Assembly (NCBI GenBank): GCA_964639245.1
Contig: CAZXCU010000001.1
Span: 936,771-1,000,770 of the forward strand
Direction of reading: 5' to 3'
Source: an uncultured Anaerolineae bacterium
GTDB lineage: Bacteria > Chloroflexota > Anaerolineae > Aggregatilineales > J027
DNA length: 64,000 bases
In this document: piece after piece, positions 26,482 to 34,049 of the stretch
Position numbering within the stretch: position 1 is the first letter of the stretch
Layout of the letters: the number at the start of each line of letters is the position of its first letter
Translations under genes and position numbers: made by a program
The notes under the pieces: model-generated
The model's database searches: none
The model's input: only the letters and a program-made list of their open reading frames with translations
What the model was told of the DNA's origin: nothing

Positions 26482-28896
26482 CTATTCCGATTTCTCCGCC
26501 GATTCCTCTTCGGATGATTCTTCCTCGTCTTTATCGGTATCCTCAAAATGCGCCAGATTTTCCGCCAGTTCGCGTAGCCGTTTGTCCACTGTTTCATGAA
26601 TTTCGCTGGCGGGTTTGCCCGTGAGCAGTTCCATGCCTTCATCCACGGTTTTGATGGCATACACATGAAACTGACCGTCTGCCACCGCCTGAATGATTTC
26701 ATCGTTCAGCATCAGTTCAGGGATATTGGCATAAGGGATAATGACCCCTTGTGTACCACTCAACCCATGGACTTTGCAGGTATTATAAAAGCCGGTCACT
26801 TTTTGGGTAACCCCACCAATCGGTTGAATATACCCGTGTTGATTCACACTGCCCGTCACGGCAATATCTTGGCGAATCGGGAAACGGGAGAGCGCAGAGA
26901 GCAACGCATATAATTCGGTGCTAGAAGCCGAGTCGCCCTCTACCCCGCCATAATTTTGCTCAAAGGCGATGCTCGCGCTTAAGGTGAGGGGGTAATCTTC
27001 GGCGTAACGTCCCCCCAGATAGCCCAACAGCGTTAAAACGCCTTTGTCATGGATGGGGCCGGTCATTTCACTTTCGCGGTCAATTTGTACCACATTGTCC
27101 CGCCCCATATATACCCGTGCCGTGATGCGACTCGGCAGCCCGAAGGTATGGTCACCTACAGAAATCACCACCAACCCATTCACCTGCCCAATGACATTGC
27201 CGTCTAAATCAATAAAAATGGTTCCGTCGGCGATGCGTTCTTGGCTGAGTTCCTCAATTTCATTGTTGCGGTAGGTGCGTTCGTTGATGGCCTCCTGTAC
27301 ATCCTCGCGGTTGACAAGGGGGTGTTTTTTACGACGCGCATAAAACGCTGCTTCACGAATCAACGGGGCAATTTGTCCGAAGTCCGTGGACAGGCGACGC
27401 TGGTCAGAAATCAACCAACTGCCATACTCAATCACCCGTGCAACCGCTTGTGCATCGAAATGGAGCATGTTTTCTTCATTGCAACGATTGGCAATGAACG
27501 ACGCATAATGATTTTCGCCGTCTTTATTTCGCAGCATGGCATCGCCAAAATCGGCTTTCACCCGGAACAAGTCGCGGAAATCTTCTTCAATTTCGTACAG
27601 GTCATAATACAACTGCTGGCTGCCAACCAGAATCACCTTGATGTTGAGGGGGATGGGTTCGGGTTCAAGGGTCTGGGCGGTCATGACGGTCATGCTGTTA
27701 AAATCGGCATCCCCGATGACGACCTGCCGCGTATTTAAGGCTCGCTTAAGGGCTTCCCATGCGAAGGGTTTGACCAGAATATCTTTGGCTCGCATGATGA
27801 TAAAGCCGCCGTTGGCACGGTGCAACCCACCCGCCTTGATTTGCATATAGTCGGTGGTCATCACGCCAAAACGGACTTCATGTTCAATCCGCCCGATAAG
27901 ATTCTGGTAGCTGGGCAAATCCAGATAGATGACGGGTGCGCCGGAGTTGGGTTTATGCTCCACCAGCAAATTGACCTTGTAACGCTGAAAACGGTCAATT
28001 TTGACCTGTGCCATCGGGTTAGACGGGTCGGGCTGTTCTTCCTCGTCACCATTTTCAAACATATCCAACGAGGACAAAATATCCTCGCGCAAATCCATCA
28101 AATATTGAATCACCCCGCCCCATAAATCATATTTTTTGATGATGGGATTCAAATAATCATCAATCATCGCCTCCACAAATTGACGGCGCAGGGTGTTGAT
28201 ACTTTCGGAGGCTTCATGCTGCAAGGCACGGGTTTCGAGCAGCGCATTTTCAATCGCCTGTTCGATGATGCGGCGGTTTTTGGTAATGACTTTCCGCAGT
28301 TCGTCCGGCAGCGATTCCATGTCTTCTGGCATCACCGGTTTGTCGTCCACAATCGGCACAATCGTAAACCCCTGCGGTGTGCTTTGAATGACGAAGGATT
28401 TTTCCATCGCCAGCCGTTGAATCTCGCTCAAGCGAATCTGGCGACGGTCATCCAGCGCGTTGGTAATCTGGTTACGTGCCTGTAAATACACCTCTGTTTC
28501 AAACACACTGGGAATATGCGTTTTGAAGCTGTCAATCACCGTCTGGATGTCATTTTTAAAGATATGGCCTGTTCCCGGTGAAAGTCGCAGAGCGCGGGGA
28601 CGGTGCGGCTGTTTAAAGTTATGCACATAGCACCATTCATCGGAGGTACGCAGCCCTTTGGCAAATTCCGTCGTAAACTGGCAAACATCCGTGACACGAT
28701 CCGAGCCTGTTGGCCCCAACACATAAATGTTGTAGCCGGGGCTGTCAATTTCGACCCCAAATTCAATGGCCCGCACGCCACGCGGTTGACCGTGAATGGT
28801 GTGGTTGGTCTGAATTTCGGAAGTATCATTGAAGCCGAGCTGCTGAGGTTCACATTTACGCGCAAGTTGCTTAGGTTCGAGTCGGAAGTTGCTCAC
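26482..28896 (-). CDS. Lon-like protease (AAA-like N-terminal module plus Lon S16 proteolytic domain)
   Basis: GTG 28896. Catalytic Ser context GVEGDSASSTELYALLSAL and Lys context PIGGVTQKVTGFYNTC. The P-loop-like segment reads GPTGSDRV. Acidic C-terminal tail. Confidence 0.8.
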   Translation of the reverse strand: MSNFRLEPKQLARKCEPQQLGFNDTSEIQTNHTIHGQPRGVRAIEFGVEIDSPGYNIYVLGPTGSDRVTDVCQFTTEFAKGLRTSDEWCYVHNFKQPHRPRALRLSPGTGHIFKNDIQTVIDSFKTHIPSVFETEVYLQARNQITNALDDRRQIRLSEIQRLAMEKSFVIQSTPQGFTIVPIVDDKPVMPEDMESLPDELRKVITKNRRIIEQAIENALLETRALQHEASESINTLRRQFVEAMIDDYLNPIIKKYDLWGGVIQYLMDLREDILSSLDMFENGDEEEQPDPSNPMAQVKIDRFQRYKVNLLVEHKPNSGAPVIYLDLPSYQNLIGRIEHEVRFGVMTTDYMQIKAGGLHRANGGFIIMRAKDILVKPFAWEALKRALNTRQVVIGDADFNSMTVMTAQTLEPEPIPLNIKVILVGSQQLYYDLYEIEEDFRDLFRVKADFGDAMLRNKDGENHYASFIANRCNEENMLHFDAQAVARVIEYGSWLISDQRRLSTDFGQIAPLIREAAFYARRKKHPLVNREDVQEAINERTYRNNEIEELSQERIADGTIFIDLDGNVIGQVNGLVVISVGDHTFGLPSRITARVYMGRDNVVQIDRESEMTGPIHDKGVLTLLGYLGGRYAEDYPLTLSASIAFEQNYGGVEGDSASSTELYALLSALSRFPIRQDIAVTGSVNQHGYIQPIGGVTQKVTGFYNTCKVHGLSGTQGVIIPYANIPELMLNDEIIQAVADGQFHVYAIKTVDEGMELLTGKPASEIHETVDKRLRELAENLAHFEDTDKDEEESSEEESAEKSE

Positions 28897-28973
28897 GGAA
28901 AAACCACTACTTTCTATTCGTCTTCAGAAAGTGTATTTTACCCTGATTTGGTGTGGTGTTAAATGTTTGAGTA

Positions 28974-29117
28974 ACTCACCTTACGCAATGCGGAAAATCC
29001 CCACCCTCAATCCCGTCAGCAAGCTGCCCTGTTTGTCCCCAAAGCATTGGGGAGGGAAGCCGAAGGCAGGGCGGGGTCAAAAAATATCCTCAAAACGCTA
29101 TTCTGCGTAAGGTGAGT
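28974..29117. mobile_element. MITE-like non-autonomous element (144 bp)
   Basis: Perfect 14-bp terminal inverted repeats ACTCACCTTACGCA (28974-28987) / TGCGTAAGGTGAGT (29104-29117), flanked by direct GAGTA (28969-28973 and 29118-29122). The interior is a GC-rich imperfect palindrome. No ORF. Confidence 0.6.
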
Positions 29118-29123
29118 GAGTAA

Positions 29124-29153
29124 CACAAAGGGGATGAGAGCGCCCTCATCCCC
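29124..29153 (-). terminator. Putative terminator of MerR-family gene 29163..29981
   Basis: 9-bp stem GGGGATGAG (29130-29138) / CTCATCCCC (29145-29153). The minus-strand reading is followed by TTTGTGTT, a weak U tract. Confidence 0.45.
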
Positions 29154-29162
29154 TCCCGTGCT

Positions 29163-29981
29163 TTAGACTTTTTCAACCGGATACTGAATTTCCGTCGTTG
29201 AATCCGCCATATTGGTCGGATCATGTTTAATATAAATTTCGCGGTAAGGCCCAACAATCTGGTAGTGGTTTTCCTCAATCCACTGCATCAGCACCGTGTG
29301 TCCCTGCTGGAAATCTTCAAAATCGCCATGATGCACCACCGCCGCCACCTGTACCTGGGGGAGTTCATACACATTGATTCGAGCGGTGGCTGGCAGAGGA
29401 CGGTCTATCGGGATCGCTGCTTCCGCTTCTTCGTTGACCAGCACTTCGGGAGATTGATGCCAGATGGCAAAGTGTGCGCCCGTGCTTTTGCCGTTTTGTT
29501 CTGCTACATAATTCCAGACTTCCTCAAAAGCCGGGTTCAGATATTCTGGCACTTGGTCATTGGTCGGAATAGTAATTCGCCGCGAAACAATCAGGGTGGG
29601 CGGGAGTGTTTTCAGAACAACATCGTAGTGTGGCATAGAATCCTCCAGTTCAATTTGTCTAAGACGTGCTTCAATCCGAATCAACCGTGCCTGTTCCTCT
29701 GCGAGTCGCTGCTCCACCTCAGCACGTTTCATTTTGAACATGCCGCGTAGTTCTTCAGAAGTTAAGCCGCCTTCCAGCACTTTTTCGACCTGTTCAAGTG
29801 AGAAACCGAGGTCTTTGAGCGCCAGAATACGATTCAGGCGGGGAAGCTGGGCGACAGAATAGTAGCGATAGCCCGTGAACTGATCCACCTGAACGGGCTT
29901 GAGCAATCCTATTTCGTCGTAATGGCGTAGCGCCACAATGGATACTTGGCTGAGTCGGGCGAAGTCGCCAATCTTAATCAC
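29163..29981 (-). CDS. MerR-family transcriptional regulator with GyrI-like effector-binding domain
   Basis: GTG 29981. HTH IGDFARLSQVSIVALRHYDEIGLLKP, a coiled-coil linker, and a C-terminal roughly 150-aa GyrI-like domain. Confidence 0.85.
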   Translation of the reverse strand: MIKIGDFARLSQVSIVALRHYDEIGLLKPVQVDQFTGYRYYSVAQLPRLNRILALKDLGFSLEQVEKVLEGGLTSEELRGMFKMKRAEVEQRLAEEQARLIRIEARLRQIELEDSMPHYDVVLKTLPPTLIVSRRITIPTNDQVPEYLNPAFEEVWNYVAEQNGKSTGAHFAIWHQSPEVLVNEEAEAAIPIDRPLPATARINVYELPQVQVAAVVHHGDFEDFQQGHTVLMQWIEENHYQIVGPYREIYIKHDPTNMADSTTEIQYPVEKV

Positions 29982-30009
29982 TGATTACTCCGTGTACACA
30001 GATGAGATC

Positions 30010-30040
30010 ACTGTACAGTCTCACCCAACCTGAGAGTCAA
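30010..30040 (-). promoter_or_regulatory. MerR-type promoter (19-bp spacer) upstream of 29163..29981
   Basis: Minus strand reads TTGACT (30040-30035), then 19 nt (CTCAGGTTGGGTGAGACTG, dyad TCTCA-N7-TGAGA), then TACAGT (30015-30010). Confidence 0.6.
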
Positions 30041-31140
30041 GCGGTTTGTTTTAGCATTTTCCAGACCGCAAAACAGAGGGTGATAAAACCCGCGCTCACA
30101 GGCTGCCAGACCTGCCATGGCAAATCAATCAACGGGGAAATGGCGGGGGTTTGCAAGGTGTGTCCGGTATTGGTTAATTGTTCTAATCGAGAATCCGCCA
30201 GCGCGACACGGAAAATCTGCGGGGAACGGGTCGAACCACTCGGAACGCCCATAAAATATAACCATTTTCCGTCCGGCGACCATGCCAGATTTTCTATCCA
30301 CATGAATGCGGCAAGCGCGCGGGGGTTTTGCCCGTCTGCCTGCATCACCACCAGCGTTTGAGTCGCATTTTGCAGTTGAATATAGGCGATTTTTTCACCA
30401 TCGGGTGACCATTGGGGCGAGACATGCTGGGCATGATTATCGGTGAGTTGGGTTAATTCGCTGCCATCAGGCCGCATCCGATGAATCTGACTGAGCAGCC
30501 CTAAATTTTCGCTGAACATCACCCATGTATCTTGCGGCGACCAGACCACATTCGAGGTAATCATGTGGTAGGTACGCCCGAAAATATTGGTCAAATCGCT
30601 GCCGTCTGCCCGCAATCGATAAAGCTGACCATTGCCAGCCAGTAGAGTCAGCCATGCCCCGTCCGATGACCATGCGAGGTCGCGGATGCTGGACACAGTT
30701 TCTAGCTTAAATACGCTCTGGTCATTCAAATTCAGGATATGCAAATTGAGCAGCACTTCGTCGGAAAGATAGGCCAAAGATTGGCTGTCCGGCGACCATG
30801 CCGGGTACAAATCCCATCCCCGCGTATGGGTGAGCCGTTCAAGCTGCTGTCCACCGGGACGCACACGGTAAATATCCTTGTCATCGTCCTGATGGGTGCG
30901 GAAATGGACAAAGGCAATCCACCTGCCATCCTGTGACCAAACTGGATTGGAGGTTGCGCCTTTGAGCGTGGTAATCGGCTGAAAATTTGAGCCGTCCGGG
31001 TTGCTCTGGTACAGGTTATCCCCGTTGCGAAAGGCCAGCAAATAGGCGGCGGAGGGCTGCTGGCGGACAACGGACAAAATCCCACCCACCAGCAGCAGCG
31101 CGACTCCCAGAATCCCCAAGCCTAATCGCGCCACGACCAC
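30037..31140 (-). CDS. Membrane-anchored PD40/TolB-like beta-propeller protein
   Basis: GTG 31140 and an N-terminal TM helix. Motifs WSQDGRWIAF, WSPDSQSLAY, WSSDGAWLTL, WSPQDTWVMF, WSPDGEKIAY, WSPDGKWLYF. C-terminal TM helix. Confidence 0.75.
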   Translation of the reverse strand: MVVARLGLGILGVALLLVGGILSVVRQQPSAAYLLAFRNGDNLYQSNPDGSNFQPITTLKGATSNPVWSQDGRWIAFVHFRTHQDDDKDIYRVRPGGQQLERLTHTRGWDLYPAWSPDSQSLAYLSDEVLLNLHILNLNDQSVFKLETVSSIRDLAWSSDGAWLTLLAGNGQLYRLRADGSDLTNIFGRTYHMITSNVVWSPQDTWVMFSENLGLLSQIHRMRPDGSELTQLTDNHAQHVSPQWSPDGEKIAYIQLQNATQTLVVMQADGQNPRALAAFMWIENLAWSPDGKWLYFMGVPSGSTRSPQIFRVALADSRLEQLTNTGHTLQTPAISPLIDLPWQVWQPVSAGFITLCFAVWKMLKQTA

Positions 31141-32396
31141 TCCAGAATGAGGATTTCTGTGCTATTGGCACGGCTGGCATCCCCTAGCAAAATGAAGGTG
31201 TAAGAATGGTTGAATTCGAAATTGAAATTTTGCAGTAAAAACACATTCTCGCCCTGTGTTTCACGGAAAATGAGCGTGCGGAAACCCGCGCTGATGCTCC
31301 GGTGTGATGAACTGTTGGGATATTCAATCGGCTCAATAATCGCGTTGCCGTTCTGGTCAGCCACTGTCAGCAGGGGTAGGTTAAAAGTTGCGTTGATGAA
31401 TCGGGTTCGCGCTTTGTTAATGGAAATTTGCTGCAAGTCATCCGCATGGGGAATGAAGCGGAGTTTCTCGGTTTGTTCCAGCATCCCTGTGACCGCGAAT
31501 CGAGCCGAGAGCGTTACCACCGTTTGTAGGATGGGCAAAATGCTGGTGGGGTCGGCCCCCGCCGGATACACCGTTAATTCATACCCTGTCGGTTCACCGC
31601 CAGAATTTAGCTCCAACTCGATATAGTCGGTGGCTTCCTTGTAGTAAATTTCAGAAAAAATCCGTTCTTCGTTCAGGTAAATATCTACCGCGCTGGTACG
31701 TGGGGCGGCGTGAACAAAGCGAATCAACCCTTTCTGACTGAGTTGAGAGGAAAAGCTCTGGGCGCGAACATTTTCGACTGAGCCGTAAATCAGCAGGGTA
31801 TGATTGCTGCCACCATTGGCCTGTACCGAAACTTTGGCTAACACCTGGGTTGTGTCGGATGGATTCACGATGCTTAATTGGTAATTGCCGCTTGGGATAT
31901 CGGCTTGCACGGGCGCGGCAAACCCCGCACGGCTAAACAACAAATCCTCATTTTGCCCCATCACTGCCACATCCGAGACATCCTGTGCCACATGAATCAC
32001 CTGCAAACGGGCGCGGTGGGTGAGGGTGTTGCTTACATCACGGTTGTAGCTTTCCAGAATCACTTTGTCTCCATCTTGCCGGGCGATGAGAACAAAATAA
32101 CTGTTTGGCGCAAGCGTCAGGGTAATTTCAGCAAGGGCGGGGGTGTTGTCTATCGAAGCATTTTGGGGATACAACCGAAAAACTTGCGTATCGGCGGAGT
32201 TAATGACCCGTTCTGCCGAAACTTGTCCCCCTTCAATCGCAAAAAAGGCGTTGCGGTCATTCCGATACAGATCAAAGCCAGTGGTTTCAGTCAGGTTGGC
32301 AAAGCGGTAGGTGACATCTTCCACCCCGGCCTGTGTCTGGGCAAATGCAGGAACTGCCATGCAAAAAATAAGCATCACTGCCAACAATGTTTTCAC
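31122..32396 (-). CDS. DUF4397 domain-containing secreted protein
   Basis: Signal peptide. Repeated pattern ARLQVIHVAQDVSDVAV, GLIRFVHAAPRTSAVDIYL, ARTRFINATFNLPLLTV. Overlaps the downstream propeller gene by 19 nt. Confidence 0.7.
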   Translation of the reverse strand: MKTLLAVMLIFCMAVPAFAQTQAGVEDVTYRFANLTETTGFDLYRNDRNAFFAIEGGQVSAERVINSADTQVFRLYPQNASIDNTPALAEITLTLAPNSYFVLIARQDGDKVILESYNRDVSNTLTHRARLQVIHVAQDVSDVAVMGQNEDLLFSRAGFAAPVQADIPSGNYQLSIVNPSDTTQVLAKVSVQANGGSNHTLLIYGSVENVRAQSFSSQLSQKGLIRFVHAAPRTSAVDIYLNEERIFSEIYYKEATDYIELELNSGGEPTGYELTVYPAGADPTSILPILQTVVTLSARFAVTGMLEQTEKLRFIPHADDLQQISINKARTRFINATFNLPLLTVADQNGNAIIEPIEYPNSSSHRSISAGFRTLIFRETQGENVFLLQNFNFEFNHSYTFILLGDASRANSTEILILEWSWRD

Positions 32397-32480
32397 AATT
32401 TTCCTCCCTAAGCTGTAATCTATTATAGCCCTACGCTATAATCTGCGTGAACAATATCACAAATTCAATTGGAGGACTCG

Positions 32481-33197
32481 ATGCGCTCTCGTCTCTTGCT
32501 GATGAGTATAGCGACTTTAATTTTGGCTGCTTGTGGGACTGTCGCAGAAACCAATCCCACCTTTGAACCGACCAACACAGGTCAGCCGCGTTTGGTGCTG
32601 GCAGAAGATGAGGGCGACTCAGAAGATGCCGTTGGCGAAGAATCCACCGCAGAAGCGGAATCGGTAGCGGTTGAACCGACCACTGCCCCCACCGCCACAC
32701 CCGAACCCACCGTCGAGCCGACGGCTGCGCCCACCCTTGAACCGACCGCAGTTCCCACCGAAGAAGCCACCGAAGTTGTCGAAGAAGCGGCTGCACCTGC
32801 CGATACTGCGCCGGTGATGGTGAATGGCGAAGAAATCACGGGGTATGCTGTCGATGGGGAATTCTGGTTCAGCAGCATCGCCAATTCTGAAACCGGGCAA
32901 ATGTGCATTACCTGTCACAATCCCACCGAACCTTTACATGGGGTGGGGCCATACCTCTATGGCATTGCCACGGTTGCGGGCGAACGGGTGGCGGGCTTGA
33001 GCGCCACCGACTATTTATACGAGTCCATCGTTAACCCGAATGCCCACCTTGCCCCGCCGCAAGTTGGCCCTGAAGGACAGGAAGTTCCTTGGGCGGAAGG
33101 CTTGATGCCACAAAATTGGGGCGAACAACTTGAGCCGACTCAGATCGCTGACTTGGTGGCCTATCTGCTGACGCTTAACCAAGAACTCCCCGAATAA
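32481..33197 (+). CDS. Lipoprotein c-type cytochrome with Pro/Thr/Glu-rich linker
   Basis: ATG 32481 follows GGAGGA; the track starts at TTG 32469. Lipobox-like LILAACG, a long low-complexity linker, and a single CITCH haem-binding motif. Confidence 0.75.
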   Translation: MRSRLLLMSIATLILAACGTVAETNPTFEPTNTGQPRLVLAEDEGDSEDAVGEESTAEAESVAVEPTTAPTATPEPTVEPTAAPTLEPTAVPTEEATEVVEEAAAPADTAPVMVNGEEITGYAVDGEFWFSSIANSETGQMCITCHNPTEPLHGVGPYLYGIATVAGERVAGLSATDYLYESIVNPNAHLAPPQVGPEGQEVPWAEGLMPQNWGEQLEPTQIADLVAYLLTLNQELPE

Positions 33198-33206
33198 ACC
33201 TGTCTC

Positions 33207-33243
33207 CTGTAGGGGCGGGGACAAGTCGAATGATTCCCGCCCT
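33207..33243. repeat. Short GC-rich hairpin repeat beginning CTGTAGGGG
   Basis: CTGTAGGGGCGGGGACAAGTCGAATGATTCCCGCCC. Related copies at 42217-42243 (CTGTAGGGGCCGAGACGATTCCCGCCC) and 52198-52227 (CCTGTAGGGACGCGCTCCAGTGCGTCC). Confidence 0.5.
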
Positions 33244-33343
33244 CATTTCGGTAAGAAATTCGTAATTTCTGGGTAATATCCCCGTCATATTTGCGGCCTA
33301 AAGTAAAAAATGGATAAGTTTTCTACTAAGGAGCAAATATCTC

Positions 33344-33796
33344 ATGAAAAAACGTCTTGGATTGATTACGTTGATTGCGCTGTTGTTGGTGTCTAGCTTT
33401 GCGGTTGCCCCGTCTGCGGGCGCTCAGGATGACATGGTGCATGTCTGCGATTCTTCCACCATTTTGCTGCTGTTCATTGCCGAATATGAATTTGGCTACA
33501 CTTCCGAAGACATGGATCTCGCCACTTTTGAAAAAGGCCAGTTCGCGCCCATGTTTGACATGATGATGGCGATGATGGAAAGCGGCGAAATGATGGAAGA
33601 CGAAATGATGGAAATGGACGAAGAGGCGATGGCGGAAATGGAAGCGCAGATGGAAGGCATGATGATGTCCGAAACCATGCTGCCCAGCGCCATGGAAGGC
33701 GAAGATGAAGCCTGTACCGCCCTGCGTGCCGATGTTGAAGCCTTTGTGGTTTCGCACTACCTGATGGAATCGATGATGATGGACGACGAAGAGTAA
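33344..33796 (+). CDS. Secreted methionine-rich acidic protein (possible metal-binding)
   Basis: AAGGAG RBS and signal peptide MKKRLGLITLIALLLVSSFAVAPSAGA. The mature part contains runs such as MFDMMMAMMESGEMMEDEMMEMDEEAMAEMEAQMEGMMMSETM. Two Cys residues. Confidence 0.65.
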   Translation: MKKRLGLITLIALLLVSSFAVAPSAGAQDDMVHVCDSSTILLLFIAEYEFGYTSEDMDLATFEKGQFAPMFDMMMAMMESGEMMEDEMMEMDEEAMAEMEAQMEGMMMSETMLPSAMEGEDEACTALRADVEAFVVSHYLMESMMMDDEE

Positions 33797-33880
33797 AATT
33801 CGTCCGTTTTTAGTGGTGGGGCGGTTGCACACCGCCCCGAAGAATAAATTAAAACGCTGGCCTTATGCAGTTTAATAAAA

Positions 33881-34048
33881 TAGGGCGGATAGCCCAATCA
33901 ATGGACGGGCGTGGTCTCTGACCCGTCCTCATTCTCTTGCCGGGGTGGGTCACAAACCCACCCGTACACTATCCGTAATCCGTATTCAAAAGTGAAACTG
34001 CATTAGCCCGGTGCAGCCACACCGCCCTAAAGGACGGCGTTAAAATGA
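33881..34048. repeat. Structured dispersed repeat, copy A (3' of ppk2)
   Basis: Aligns over most of its length with 50688-50827. Shared blocks: GGATAGCC, ACGGGCGTGGTCT-TGACCCG, CCTCATTC, GGGTCACA-ACCCACCCGTACACTATCCGTA. Shared end ACGGCGTTAAAATGA. Confidence 0.7.
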
Positions 34049-34049
34049 C

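Noticed and set aside
26482-28896. Lon-like protease as BrxL of a BREX/defence island.
   Set aside because: No PglX-type methyltransferase, PglZ, BrxA/B/C or other BREX components are adjacent. The neighbours are a GT4/deacetylase operon and a MerR regulator. The two methyltransferases in the window are 14 and 32 kb away and of different types.
33326-33832. 168-aa histidine-rich ORF (HHHRFH..., FHHFAAFHHRHHH) that looks like a metal-binding protein.
   Set aside because: It is the codon-aligned mirror of the Met-rich gene, since ATG read in antisense gives CAT (His). The plus-strand gene has the SD (AAGGAG), a signal peptide and a proper stop. The antisense ORF has none of these.
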